Below are positions 1 through 9,713 of a stretch of DNA of 60,293 nt, in pieces. This stretch comes from Acidimicrobiia bacterium (GTDB taxonomy: Bacteria; Actinomycetota; Acidimicrobiia; Spongiisociales; SHLN01), in contig JABDLU010000118.1 of the NCBI GenBank assembly GCA_013002865.1, positions 1 through 60,293 of the forward strand. The letters are read 5' to 3'. The notes beneath the pieces are model-generated. The model was given only the letters and a program-made list of their open reading frames with translations, was not told where the DNA came from and did no database searches. Positions within the stretch are counted from its first letter, which is position 1. Each line of letters starts with the position of its first letter. The translations under genes and the position numbers were made by a program.

Positions 1-351
1 ATCCTGGTCTACGTGACCACCGACGCCGAGGTCTACGGCAACACCGTCATCAACAACGCCAACGGCATCTCGGCCATCCAACAGAACCGGGGCAGCGGGC
101 CGTACGGCGAGAACATCGTGGTGAACCTGTGGGTGCACGACAACGACATCACCCAGTTCCAGGGGTACACCGGAGCCGTGCAGGACGTCGGCAGCATGGC
201 GATCTTCACCGACCGCAACAACCGGTTCGATGGGAACACGTACCACGGCCCGGCCGACGCCGTGCAGTTCCGCTGGATGAACGGATTCCACAACTTCGCC
301 GCCTGGCAAGGGCACGGCCAGGACACCGCCGGGAGCATCGTCCCCGACTGA
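1..351 (+). CDS. parallel beta-helix repeat protein, C-terminal fragment (5' end outside window)
   Basis: Frame 1 is open from the window edge to the stop at 349-351. NNANGISAIQQNRG and VHDNDI segments resemble right-handed beta-helix repeats. Confidence 0.4.
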   Translation: MLVYVTTDAEVYGNTVINNANGISAIQQNRGSGPYGENIVVNLWVHDNDITQFQGYTGAVQDVGSMAIFTDRNNRFDGNTYHGPADAVQFRWMNGFHNFAAWQGHGQDTAGSIVPD

Positions 352-390
352 CGGCTGCAACAAAAGGCCGGCTGCCGGTGTTCTTCAAGC

Positions 391-1290
391 ATGACCTCCA
401 CCGCCCGGATCGGCGCCGCCCTCTTCGCCGTGTATGTCATATGGGGCTCGACCTATCTGGCACTCCGCTACCTGGTCGAGGACTTCCCGCCGTTCATTGG
501 TAACGGCATCCGCTTCGTTATCGCCGGGCTGGCCATGTTCTGGTTCCTGCGGCGCCGGGGTGCGCCGGCCCCGAGCGCCCGGCACTGGTGGTCGGCCACC
601 CAGATCGGTGCCCTACTGATGTTCGGGGGTGTTGGACTGGTCGCCCTCGCCGAGGCCCGCGGCGTCGGTTCCGGCCTGGCGGCCACCGCGGTCGCCGCCA
701 TGCCGCTGTGGGCTGCGCTGTGGAGCGGCCTGTTCGGACGATGGCCGACCAGGCGCGAGTGGGTGGGGTTGGCGGTCGGCATGGCGGGCGTGGTCATCCT
801 CAGCCAGGAGGGGGACTTCGCCGGAAATGCCCTCGGCGTGACGCTGGTCATCGTGGCACCGCTCAGCTGGGCGTTCGGCTCGGTGTGGAGCCAGCGCATT
901 CCGCTGCCGAGGGGGGCGATGGCCACTGCGCTGGAGATGACGGCCGGCGGGGTGGTGCTTCTCATCGTCGGCGGAGCACGGGGCGAGCAGTTCGAGAGCG
1001 CCCCGGGCTGGGACGGCTGGCTGGCACTGGTGTACTTGACGACGTTCGGGTCGATCGTCGCCTTCAGCGCCTACATGTATCTCCTCGAACACGTGAGACC
1101 TGCTCTGGCAACGAGCTATGCCTATGTCAATCCGGTGGTGGCGGTCGTGCTGGGGGTGACGATCGGATCCGAGACCCTGTCCGGCCACGCTGTCATCGCG
1201 TTGCCACTCATCCTGGGCGGTGTCGCGCTGGTAGCCGTCTCAACGGCGCGGCGCCGACCCGGGCGTGTCCCGACACCCCAGGAGGCCTAA
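391..1290 (+). CDS. EamA/DMT family transporter
   Basis: 299 aa, about 10 hydrophobic helices in two similar halves. N-terminus VIWGSTYLALRY is typical of EamA domains. Confidence 0.75.
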   Translation: MTSTARIGAALFAVYVIWGSTYLALRYLVEDFPPFIGNGIRFVIAGLAMFWFLRRRGAPAPSARHWWSATQIGALLMFGGVGLVALAEARGVGSGLAATAVAAMPLWAALWSGLFGRWPTRREWVGLAVGMAGVVILSQEGDFAGNALGVTLVIVAPLSWAFGSVWSQRIPLPRGAMATALEMTAGGVVLLIVGGARGEQFESAPGWDGWLALVYLTTFGSIVAFSAYMYLLEHVRPALATSYAYVNPVVAVVLGVTIGSETLSGHAVIALPLILGGVALVAVSTARRRPGRVPTPQEA

Positions 1291-1327
1291 CCGCGACGGT
1301 CCTTCGACGGGCCGTAACATCGGCGCC

Positions 1328-2395
1328 GTGAACGTGGCCCGCGGCAAGTTTCTGGTGCTCCTCCCCCTCGGGGCGCTCGTCATCGCGGCTTGTGGGGGTG
1401 GGGGTGGGACCGAGCCGGCCGACACCACCGGCGCGGCGACTACCACGACAACCACGACGACAACGAGCCTTCCAACCACAACCACCACCGTTGTGCCGAC
1501 CACCACCACGACCACGCTGACCTTTCCATACGATTTCACCCAGCATCCCGGCACACCGCTCATCACTCCGGGAGCCTGGGATCCGGGGTACACCGCCGTC
1601 CCGCACGTCGTCCAGCACGACGGCGAGTGGCTGATGTTCTATTCGGGGGGAACCGGAGGACGCTCGAGCGCCCTCGGGCTGGCCCGGTCGGCAGACGGCC
1701 TGATGTGGGAAAAGAGCCCCGACCAGGCCATCTTCGAGGGCCCCGGGCGGGGGGTGTCGTGGAACTATGCCCGGCTGGTGGGCGACGAGTGGGTCATGTG
1801 GTACACCACCGGCTACACGCTCGGCTATCGCCGCCTCAACCGGGCCACCGCCCCTGCTCCGGAGGGTCCCTGGACCGAAGACGAGCTAACGATCGAGGAC
1901 CCCTCAAACGAGTGGAACGACCGCATCCTCCCCACCGGGTTCAGCCAGATCGGCGAGAGCTACCTCATCCCGTACGCCGGGTTCCCCGATGGGGTCTCGC
2001 CGCCGTCCATCGGTCTGCTCCGCTCTCCAGACGGAGAGACCTGGCAGTCGACCGAGGATCCGATCTATCGCCCGCAGCCCGGCACCTGGACGGAGTACGG
2101 TGTCGTGCCGACCAACATCGTGGAGACCCCGGCCGGCCTCGAGCTGTTCTTTCTCGGCTTCGACCGGCCGGTCACCATCGCCATCGAGGCCGAGACCCTC
2201 AAGCTGGGCCGGCTGGTCTCAACCGACGGCGGCGCCACCTGGGAAGCCGACAACGACGGCCAACCGGTGATCGACACCTTCGAACGGGGCTGGCCGGGCA
2301 TCTCGGTGGTCTACCTCGATGGGGAGTATCGCCTCTACATGGGCCATGAGCTGGGCGGGGCGGGCATCGCCCTGATAACCGGCATGATCCCCTAG
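1328..2395 (+). CDS. secreted lipoprotein with glycoside-hydrolase-like beta-propeller blades (GH43/32/130-type fold)
   Basis: GTG at 1328 avoids overlap with the upstream gene. Signal peptide with lipobox LVIAAC, a poly-Thr linker, and repeated blades (DGEWLMFYSG, RSADGLMWEK, RSPDGETWQS, STDGGATWEA). Confidence 0.5.
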   Translation: MNVARGKFLVLLPLGALVIAACGGGGGTEPADTTGAATTTTTTTTTSLPTTTTTVVPTTTTTTLTFPYDFTQHPGTPLITPGAWDPGYTAVPHVVQHDGEWLMFYSGGTGGRSSALGLARSADGLMWEKSPDQAIFEGPGRGVSWNYARLVGDEWVMWYTTGYTLGYRRLNRATAPAPEGPWTEDELTIEDPSNEWNDRILPTGFSQIGESYLIPYAGFPDGVSPPSIGLLRSPDGETWQSTEDPIYRPQPGTWTEYGVVPTNIVETPAGLELFFLGFDRPVTIAIEAETLKLGRLVSTDGGATWEADNDGQPVIDTFERGWPGISVVYLDGEYRLYMGHELGGAGIALITGMIP

Positions 2396-2407
2396 CACTG
2401 GTGCTGA

Positions 2408-2551
2408 TCAGGCAACCCGGTCGATGACCCAGATCACGCCCTGAACGAGGCGCACGCCGAGGTAGAACACCGCCGCCGCCACCACGATCCAGAACACGGC
2501 CGACGGCCGCTCTTCGTCCAGTTCCCCCTCCCCTGTGGGACGCTCAGCCAC
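2408..2551 (-). CDS. small single-pass membrane protein (hypothetical)
   Basis: GTG at 2551 overlaps the der stop by 8 nt. 47 aa with an acidic N-terminus and one TM helix (VFWIVVAAAVFYLGVRLVQGVIWVI). Confidence 0.3.
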   Translation of the reverse strand: MAERPTGEGELDEERPSAVFWIVVAAAVFYLGVRLVQGVIWVIDRVA

Positions 2552-3857
2552 GGCTCGCCCTGGCCCGGGCCCGAATCTGGATCGGAGCACCGGTGAAGTC
2601 GTACTCGCCGCGCAGACGATTCTCGAGAAACCGCAGATAGTCGTCACCCAGCTCGCCACCGGCCACGAACAGCACGATCAGCGGTGGCCGTCGCCCGGCG
2701 TGCACGGCGTAGAGGATCTTGGGCCGGCGGCCTTTCCGCACCGGCGGTGGGTGGCTTTCCTGCCAGCGCCGGATCAGCCGGTTGAGTTCCCCGGTGGGGA
2801 TCCGCTGGTCGAGCGATTCCAAAGAGCGCAGCACCGCCCCGCCGATCCGCTTGATCTTGCTGCCCGTCTTGGCCGACATCGTCAGCACCGGCGCCCACCC
2901 GACGAACCCGAGTCGATCGGCCACACTGGCCCGGGCCTCGTCCCGCTCCTCCAGGGTCGCCACGTCCCATTTGTTGAGCAACACCACCAGGCCGGTGCCG
3001 GCTTCGGCGATCTCTTCGGCGAGCCGCTGATCCTGGTGGGTGGCCCCCTCCACCCCGTCGATGATGAGGAGCGCGACGTCGGCCTCGGCCAGCGCCCCTT
3101 TCGCCCGGAGTACGGCGTAGAAGTCGGCCCCGTCGCCCACCTTCGGGGCGCGCCGGATGCCGGCGGTGTCGACTACCCGGAACGGCTCACCTTCCAGCTC
3201 GACCACCGCATCGATGGGATCCCGGGTGGTCCCGGGCGTCTCCGAGACCAGCACCCGTTCCTCGCCGAGCAGCTGATTGAGCAGCGTCGACTTGCCGACG
3301 TTGGGGCGCCCGATGATGGCCAGGGAGGCGATGTCCTCGTCCTCCGCTTCGCTCGACTCGGGAAGCAGCGGCAGCAGCCGGTCGAGCAGGTCGCCGGTGC
3401 CCCGCCCGTGCAGGGCACTGATCGGCACCGGCTCCCCCATCCCGAGCGAATACAGGTGGGTGGTATCGAGGTCGCTTTCCGGATTATCAGACTTGTTGGC
3501 GACCAGCACCGCCGGGATGTCGGAGCGGCGCAGCATCTCGGCGACGCCGGCATCATCGTCGGTGACGGCTGCAGTGGTGTCGGTGACGAAGAGCACCGCA
3601 TCGGCACCGGCCAGCGCGGCCTCGGTTTGGCCGCGGATGTTCTGAGTCAGCTCACCGGCCGGGCTGAGCTCCCACCCGCCGGTGTCGACCAGGATGAAGC
3701 GCCGACCGAGCCATTCGGCCGGGAACTCGCGTCGGTCGCGAGTAACGCCCGGGCGGGCTTCCACGACCGCAACCCGGCGGCCGACGATGCGATTGACCAG
3801 CGTGGACTTTCCGACATTGGGCCGGCCGACCACGGCCACGATCGGCAGCCGGCTCAC
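2544..3857 (-). CDS. der: ribosome biogenesis GTPase Der (EngA)
   Basis: Two tandem GTPase domains, each with a GRPNVGKST P-loop, DTGG/DTAG and NKSD/NKWD motifs, plus a KH-like C-terminus. Confidence 0.95.
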   Translation of the reverse strand: MSRLPIVAVVGRPNVGKSTLVNRIVGRRVAVVEARPGVTRDRREFPAEWLGRRFILVDTGGWELSPAGELTQNIRGQTEAALAGADAVLFVTDTTAAVTDDDAGVAEMLRRSDIPAVLVANKSDNPESDLDTTHLYSLGMGEPVPISALHGRGTGDLLDRLLPLLPESSEAEDEDIASLAIIGRPNVGKSTLLNQLLGEERVLVSETPGTTRDPIDAVVELEGEPFRVVDTAGIRRAPKVGDGADFYAVLRAKGALAEADVALLIIDGVEGATHQDQRLAEEIAEAGTGLVVLLNKWDVATLEERDEARASVADRLGFVGWAPVLTMSAKTGSKIKRIGGAVLRSLESLDQRIPTGELNRLIRRWQESHPPPVRKGRRPKILYAVHAGRRPPLIVLFVAGGELGDDYLRFLENRLRGEYDFTGAPIQIRARARASRG

Positions 3858-5266
3858 CGCCGCGCTCCGGCGACCAGCCCGGCGACCGAGGTCGGAACCA
3901 CCAGCAGCGGCGCCTTGGCAGCCGCGGCGACGTCCACCACCGAGCCGTCGTCGAGGAAGCGATCACCCGACAGAGCCACGTCGGGAATCAAGTACCGGGC
4001 GGCCGGGCCCGAGTCGGCACGAAGCGCAGCCTGCAAGTCGGTGCCCACCATGAGGCCGCTCACCGCCACGTTGCCGCCGAAGAACTCGTTCTCGACTGCC
4101 AGGACCCGGAGCGGGCCGCCCGCCAGCCGTTCCAGCCGGGGCCGCACCGGTTCGATCACCTGCGCTCCGTAGGGGGCCGTCACAATCACGGTTGGCAGCT
4201 CACCCTCACTTGCGGCTTCGGCTGGTGCCGGCGGCGGCCCGGGGGGCGTTGCTGCGGTGCGGGGCGCCCGGTAACCCTCGGCGGGAGCCGCCGCCACCGT
4301 GGCGTATTGGCCGGTTACCCCGACCGGCTCCGGCCGGTGGCCGGCCTCGAGCTCGTCGAGTTCGTCGTAGAACGCCCGGGCCATGCCGATGCCATTCTCG
4401 TGCTGGGCAAAGTCCTCGTAGGCATCGTGAGCGGGAATGGGAATGCCCGCCTGCAGATACAGCTCGTCCGAGGCGTAGAACATCCGCCGCCCGAGGCGGG
4501 CCAGGGCGATCTGCTGCCACTGCTCGGTCGCCTCGACGGCGGCGGCAGCTTCGGCATCCGTATGTACCCGCAGATTGGCCTCGGTGTTGAAGCGGGAAAG
4601 GCCGAGCGGGACGATCCCGACCGACGCCAGCGCCGGATAGCTGATGAGGATCTCGGCGAACGTGCGCTCCAGGATCGGACCCCCGTTTACGGTCGGGCAC
4701 AGGACCACCTGTCCGTGCACCTCGATGCCGTGCTCCAGCAACGCCCGCAGCCAGCGCAGGCTGGTCGCCCCTCGCGGGTTGCGCAGCATCGCCGAGCGGA
4801 CCTCCGGGTCGGTGGCATGGATCGAGACGTAGAGCGGGCCGAGCTGCTCGTCGACCACCCGCGCCAGGTCGAGCTCGGTGAAACGCGTGAGGGTCGTGAA
4901 GTTCCCGTAGAGAAACGACAGGCGGTAGTCGTCGTCCTTCAGGTAGAGGGACTTACGCATCCCCGGTGGGAGCTGATAGATGAAGCAGAACTCACAGTGG
5001 TTGTCACAGGTCTGAACCCGATCGAAGATCGAGGAGTCGAGGCGAAGGCCGAGGGGGGCGCCGGGGGCCTTCTCGATGGTGACATCCCATTCCAGCCCGC
5101 CCCGGCGCACCGTCAGATCAATGTCGGCTTCGTCGACGAGCTGCTGATATTCGATGACGTCCGATGGGACGACACCGCAGATCGACAGGAGCTCATCACC
5201 GACCGCCAGTCCGGCGGCAGCGGCCGGGCTGTTGGCGACGATCTCGGAGACGGTTGGAAACGACAT
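3854..5266 (-). CDS. PDZ domain / radical-SAM-like DUF512 protein
   Basis: ATG at 5266 (MSFPTVSEIV) is preferred because it leaves the divergent ispH start free. PDZ-like N-terminus, CX3CX2C motif (CDNHCEFC), and a 4-nt overlap with the der start. Confidence 0.7.
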   Translation of the reverse strand: MSFPTVSEIVANSPAAAAGLAVGDELLSICGVVPSDVIEYQQLVDEADIDLTVRRGGLEWDVTIEKAPGAPLGLRLDSSIFDRVQTCDNHCEFCFIYQLPPGMRKSLYLKDDDYRLSFLYGNFTTLTRFTELDLARVVDEQLGPLYVSIHATDPEVRSAMLRNPRGATSLRWLRALLEHGIEVHGQVVLCPTVNGGPILERTFAEILISYPALASVGIVPLGLSRFNTEANLRVHTDAEAAAAVEATEQWQQIALARLGRRMFYASDELYLQAGIPIPAHDAYEDFAQHENGIGMARAFYDELDELEAGHRPEPVGVTGQYATVAAAPAEGYRAPRTAATPPGPPPAPAEAASEGELPTVIVTAPYGAQVIEPVRPRLERLAGGPLRVLAVENEFFGGNVAVSGLMVGTDLQAALRADSGPAARYLIPDVALSGDRFLDDGSVVDVAAAAKAPLLVVPTSVAGLVAGARR

Positions 5267-5328
5267 GAGCGGAAACAGCGTACCGATCCCCCCACCGGTA
5301 GGCGGGTTCCGGGCTCTAACCTCGCCCC

Positions 5329-6393
5329 ATGACACAGAAGGTCCTGCTGGCCGAGCCGCGCGGGTTTTGCGCCGGCGTCGAGATGGCGATCAAGGCACTC
5401 ACCTGGATGGTGCAGGCCTTCGAGCCGCCGGTCTACTGCTATCACGAGATCGTGCACAACCAGGCGGTCGTGCAGGCGTTCGAGGCCGCCGGGGTGGTGT
5501 TCGTCGACGACATCGATTCGGTACCGCCCGGCGCCCCGGTGATGCTGTCGGCCCACGGTTCCGCCCCGGAGGTGGTCGCCCGGGCCGGCGAGCGCGCCGC
5601 GGTGCTGGTCGATGCGGTGTGCCCCCTGGTCACCAAGGTCCACCACGAGGTGCGCCGCATGGCCGATCAGGGCTACGAGATCATCTACGTCGGCCATGAA
5701 GGGCACGATGAGGCGGTTGGAACCATCGCCGAAGCACCCGAGGCCATCACCCTCATCGACCCCGAGGACGGCCTCGGCAGCTACACCCCCGAGGACCCGG
5801 AGCGGGTCGCCCTGGTATCGCAGACCACCCTCGGTTTGTTCGAGTTCGAGGACGTGCTCGACGCCGCCTCCGACCGCTTCCCGGCCCTCTGGACTGCCCG
5901 CAAGAGCGACCTGTGCTACGCGACCACGAACCGCCAGGCGGCCGTCAAAGAGCTTGCCGAGCGGTCCGACGTCGTGCTGGTGGTCGGCTCTGAGAACTCA
6001 TCGAACACCCAGGCGCTGGTCCGGGTAGCCGCCACCACCGGGACCCCGGCGCACCGGGTCGACGGCCCGTCGGCGATTGATCCGGCCTGGCTAGAGGGCG
6101 CCGACGTCGTCGGGGTGACAGCGGGCGCCTCCGCTCCGGACCAGCTGGTCTTCGCCGTCATCGAGGCGGTGGCGCCGACCGACGGTGTCGAGCGGGTCCG
6201 GGTGACCACCGAAGGCGAGTACTTCCCACTCCCCCGCGATCTACGGGGGCTGCTCGGAGCCCTGCAGGCGGCGGTCGAGGGCGGCTTCAGCGCCCGCCAT
6301 CCGGGGGGAGCTGGCGAGCTGGAGCACGATCGAGAGTGGACGGCCAACGAGGCGCTCGAACTGCTCGCCGTCAGTCCGCCGCAACCTGCCTGA
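5329..6393 (+). CDS. ispH: 4-hydroxy-3-methylbut-2-enyl diphosphate reductase
   Basis: N-terminus LLAEPRGFCAGVEMAIKAL, plus SAHG, VHHEV and SSNT motifs typical of IspH/LytB. Carries a C-terminal extension of about 40 aa. Confidence 0.9.
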   Translation: MTQKVLLAEPRGFCAGVEMAIKALTWMVQAFEPPVYCYHEIVHNQAVVQAFEAAGVVFVDDIDSVPPGAPVMLSAHGSAPEVVARAGERAAVLVDAVCPLVTKVHHEVRRMADQGYEIIYVGHEGHDEAVGTIAEAPEAITLIDPEDGLGSYTPEDPERVALVSQTTLGLFEFEDVLDAASDRFPALWTARKSDLCYATTNRQAAVKELAERSDVVLVVGSENSSNTQALVRVAATTGTPAHRVDGPSAIDPAWLEGADVVGVTAGASAPDQLVFAVIEAVAPTDGVERVRVTTEGEYFPLPRDLRGLLGALQAAVEGGFSARHPGGAGELEHDREWTANEALELLAVSPPQPA

Positions 6394-7048
6394 GTGCAGC
6401 CGGGTCGAGCACCCTGACCAGCCGGTAGCCGGTCTCGACGTGGCCGCGTCGCTTCAGCTCGTTGAGGGCCTCGTTGACGGTCTGGCGGCTGGCCCCCAGC
6501 AGCGTCGCCATCGTGGCCTGGCTGAGACCGACCTCGCCCCGTGCGTCCGCCTCGTCGACCAGCAGCAACGCCACCTGGGCCAGCACGGTCTTGTGCATCA
6601 AGTTGAGCACCCGGCGCTGGGTCCGCTCCAACTGGGTGAGGCTGGCCACCAGCCAGCGCAGGGTGATGGCCGGCGAGCGGGCCAGCTCAGGCACCAGCAG
6701 GTCTCGATGGAACTGGAACGCCGATACCCGGCCGACGGCGCGGGCCGATGAGATGTAGGGCCGGCCGGTGAACATCGCAATGTCACCGATCACGGCTCCC
6801 GGCCCAACCCGGGCGACGACCTGGCGGCCTTCGGACCGCCCCCGGTAGAGGTCGACGTGGCCGTCGCGTAGCAAGTAGGCCGATGTGGCCGCATCGCCCT
6901 CCCGAAACAGGTGTGTGCCCGGGTATTTCGTGACCATCTGGCCGGTCCGCCCCAGCACCGCCAGGTCGGCCTCTGACAGCGGCAGGTAGTCGGGCCGCCC
7001 GAACGACCGGGCGAGCCAGGCGAGGTGCTGGCGATCGGCGGTCGTCAC
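6371..7048 (-). CDS. Crp/Fnr family transcriptional regulator
   Basis: cNMP-binding beta-roll (LFREGDAATSAYLLRDGHVDLY) followed by a C-terminal HTH (SQATMATLLGASRQTVNEALNELKRRG). Confidence 0.75.
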   Translation of the reverse strand: MTTADRQHLAWLARSFGRPDYLPLSEADLAVLGRTGQMVTKYPGTHLFREGDAATSAYLLRDGHVDLYRGRSEGRQVVARVGPGAVIGDIAMFTGRPYISSARAVGRVSAFQFHRDLLVPELARSPAITLRWLVASLTQLERTQRRVLNLMHKTVLAQVALLLVDEADARGEVGLSQATMATLLGASRQTVNEALNELKRRGHVETGYRLVRVLDPAALRQVAAD

Positions 7049-7092
7049 GGGGCCCTCATCCCGCCATCGTACTTGTCGCCTGGTAGACAGTT

Positions 7093-9003
7093 TCAGCGGC
7101 GGTGGAGGACCAGCCGGGAGATCGCGCCGACGACCTCGTCGATCGACATGTTCGACGTGTCCAGCTCGACTGCGTCCTGGGCGGGCCGCAGCGGCGATAC
7201 TGCCCGCGTCGAGTCGCGTTCGTCCCGGGCGGCCATATCGGCGGCGATGCGGGGGATTTCCTCCGGTGAGAGGCCCAGGTCGCCTACCCGCCGGGCGGCG
7301 CGCACTTCCGGGTCGGCCGTCAGAAACACCTTGACCGGGCTATCGGGAAACACCACGGTCCCGATGTCGCGGCCTTCGACGACGGCCCCGCTGGTTTCGG
7401 CAGCCACCCAACGCCGCTGCAGCTCGACGAGCGCCCGGCGGACCCGGGGCAGGGCCGACACCCGGCTGGCGGCGGTGCTGACCGCCTCGGTGCGCACGTC
7501 GTCGGTTACGTCCCGCCCATTCAGCAGCACTCGCCCGGCAGCGATGTCGACCTCGAGGTCATCGACGAGGCGGGCAACCGCCTCCTCGTCGTCCGGCTCG
7601 ATACCTGCTTCGACAACGGCCAGCGCCGCCGCCCGGTAGGTACCGCCGGTCTCGAGATGGCGAAGCCCGAAACGCCCGGCCACGGCCTCACTCACGCTGC
7701 TCTTGCCGACGCCGGCCGGTCCGTCGATGGCAACCACCAGCGGGCTGCGCAGCGTCTCGAGCACGTCGAAGAACTCCGGCCAGGTCTTGGCGACAACCTC
7801 CGGATCTTCGATGGCGACGCCGGGGATGCGCAGTCCGGCGACGGCGAACGCCATCGCCATACGATGGTCGTCGTGCGGGTCGATGGAGGCCGGCCGCAGG
7901 TCTCCCGGCTCGACCGTCAGCGAATCGGGAGTCGTGACCACGGTGGCGCCAAGCTTGCGTAGCTCGGCGGCCAGATCCTCGATGCGATCGGATTCTTTGA
8001 GGCGCAGGTTGGCGATGTCGGTGATGTGCGACTCACCGTCGGCGAACAGCGCCGTCACGGCAAGCGCCAGCACCGCGTCCGGCGCGGCGTTCATGTCCTC
8101 CGCTACCGGCTGCAGGGTCCGGGGCCGGCCGGTGAGAGTGATGCGACCGGCGCGGTGGGAGATCTCGGCTCCCATGCGGCCCAGCACCGCCAGCAGGGCG
8201 AGGTCGGCCTGAACCGACTCGGCGGGAATCGGCCCGACCGTCACGGTGCCGCCACATATCGCGGCCGCCGAGAGCGGGTAGGCGGCCGCCGAGGCATCGC
8301 CTTCGATGTCGTAGGTGCGTGCTTCGTAGCCGCCGGCCGGCACGATCAGCGTCGATGGCCCATCCCAGCCGGCCCCGGATCCGAAGGCGGCCATCACCTG
8401 CAAGGTCTGGTCGATGTAGGGCCGCGACACGACCGGTCCGGTCAGCTCCAGGATGACGTCGGATTCCGCGCACGCCGCTGCCATCAAGAGGGCCGACACG
8501 AACTGGCTCGACCGGCCGGCATCGACCACGGTTGCTCCGCCCTCCAGCGCGGGCCCGTGGATACGGAGCGGCAGGCGATCGTCCTCGCCGAGTGCCTCAA
8601 CCGCTGCTCCTAGCCCGCCGAGAGCCCTGACCAGGTCCCCCATGGGACGCTCCCGAAGCCGCCGGTTCCCGTCGATGGTGGTGGTCCCCGCCCGCAGTGC
8701 CGCCGCCGCCGCCAGGAAGCGCGCCGTTGTGCCTGAGCCTCGGGCATCGATGGTCACATCACCGTGGCCCGGGCTGCCGCCCGCACCGACCACGACCAGG
8801 TCGGTCTGCTCCCACCGGACGTCGACCCCCATTCCCTGCAGGGACTCGACCATGGCGCGGGTGTCGTCGGCATCCAGCGCACCACGCAGCCGGCTGATCC
8901 CGTCCGCCAGGGCGGCCACAACCAGCGCCCGGTTGGTGATGCTCTTGGAGCCGGGAAGGCGCACGGAGGCGCTGATGGGCCCGCTCGGAGTGATGTGCTT
9001 CAT
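7093..9003 (-). CDS. aroA: bifunctional 3-phosphoshikimate 1-carboxyvinyltransferase / cytidylate kinase (fusion)
   Basis: N-terminal part has EPSP synthase motifs (LPGSKSITNRAL, LRLKESDR, DHRMAMAF). C-terminal part has Cmk motifs (AIDGPAGVGKSS, EGRDIGTVVFPD). One uninterrupted frame. ATG at 9003 forms an ATGA overlap with the rluB stop. Confidence 0.85.
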   Translation of the reverse strand: MKHITPSGPISASVRLPGSKSITNRALVVAALADGISRLRGALDADDTRAMVESLQGMGVDVRWEQTDLVVVGAGGSPGHGDVTIDARGSGTTARFLAAAAALRAGTTTIDGNRRLRERPMGDLVRALGGLGAAVEALGEDDRLPLRIHGPALEGGATVVDAGRSSQFVSALLMAAACAESDVILELTGPVVSRPYIDQTLQVMAAFGSGAGWDGPSTLIVPAGGYEARTYDIEGDASAAAYPLSAAAICGGTVTVGPIPAESVQADLALLAVLGRMGAEISHRAGRITLTGRPRTLQPVAEDMNAAPDAVLALAVTALFADGESHITDIANLRLKESDRIEDLAAELRKLGATVVTTPDSLTVEPGDLRPASIDPHDDHRMAMAFAVAGLRIPGVAIEDPEVVAKTWPEFFDVLETLRSPLVVAIDGPAGVGKSSVSEAVAGRFGLRHLETGGTYRAAALAVVEAGIEPDDEEAVARLVDDLEVDIAAGRVLLNGRDVTDDVRTEAVSTAASRVSALPRVRRALVELQRRWVAAETSGAVVEGRDIGTVVFPDSPVKVFLTADPEVRAARRVGDLGLSPEEIPRIAADMAARDERDSTRAVSPLRPAQDAVELDTSNMSIDEVVGAISRLVLHRR

Positions 9004-9713
9004 GGTGCGGCCGCAGCGTACAGCGAGCGCACTTCGTCGAGGCTGAGCTCCCGCCACTCCCCCGGTGCCAACGTGCGATCCCGCACGGGGCCGATGGCCT
9101 CCCTCACCAGCCGGAGGACGGGATGCCCGATGACATCGAACATGCGTCGCACTTCCCGCTTGCGGCCCTCGACCATCACCACCTCGACCAGTGTTGCCTT
9201 CGGCGCCCGGTCGACGATCCGAACCGCCTGGGCGCGGGCGGGCCCGTCATCCAGCTCGATGCCGGCTGCCAGCCGGGCGGCCGCCCGGGATCCGACCGCA
9301 CCCGAGGCGTGAACCAGATAGGTCTTGGGGACGCCGAACCGGGGATGGGTTAGGCGCTCGGTGAGCAAGCCGTCGTTGGTCAGGATCAGCAGTCCCTCGC
9401 TGTCGGCGTCGAGGCGACCGACCGGATAGACGCGGGTACCGAGATCGACCAGGTCGGTCACGGTGGAGCGGCCATGGGTGTCGGCCGCCGTGCTAACCGC
9501 GCCGACCGGCTTGTAGAGCAGCGCATACACCAGATCGGGTTTGATCGGCAGCGGCACCCCATCCACTTCGACCTGCGCTCTATCGGGGTCGACCTTCTGG
9601 CCGAGGTGGGCGGGCCGGCCGTCGACCATCACCCGACCCTGCTTGATCATCTCCTCCGCGGCGCGTCGGGAAGCAAGTCCAGAGTGGGCGATGAGCTTCT
9701 GTAGCCGCTCTAC
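9000..9713 (-). CDS. rluB: 23S rRNA pseudouridine synthase, RluB/RsuA family
   Basis: S4 domain plus pseudouridine synthase core (GRLDADSEGLLILTNDG). The first canonical start is ATG 9650, but the S4 N-terminus (ERLQKLIAHSGLASRRAAEE) continues in frame up to 9710-9713. The 5' end is unresolved. Confidence 0.8.
   Translation of the reverse strand, partial: VERLQKLIAHSGLASRRAAEEMIKQGRVMVDGRPAHLGQKVDPDRAQVEVDGVPLPIKPDLVYALLYKPVGAVSTAADTHGRSTVTDLVDLGTRVYPVGRLDADSEGLLILTNDGLLTERLTHPRFGVPKTYLVHASGAVGSRAAARLAAGIELDDGPARAQAVRIVDRAPKATLVEVVMVEGRKREVRRMFDVIGHPVLRLVREAIGPVRDRTLAPGEWRELSLDEVRSLYAAAAP

Noticed and set aside
1430-1500. ACC/ACG-rich repetitive DNA that looks like a microsatellite.
   Set aside because: It is in frame and encodes the poly-Thr linker after the lipobox of the lipoprotein. 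It is coding low complexity, not a regulatory repeat.
2535-4172. Long antisense ORFs. Examples are 2535-4172 (+), 28437-30614 (+), 43807-45057 (+), 15257-16519 (+), 49386-51098 (+), 51713-53134 (+) and 55939-57588 (-).
   Set aside because: They lie opposite genes with clear conserved motifs and have Arg/Gly/Pro-rich low-complexity translations. They are the shadow ORFs expected in high-GC DNA.
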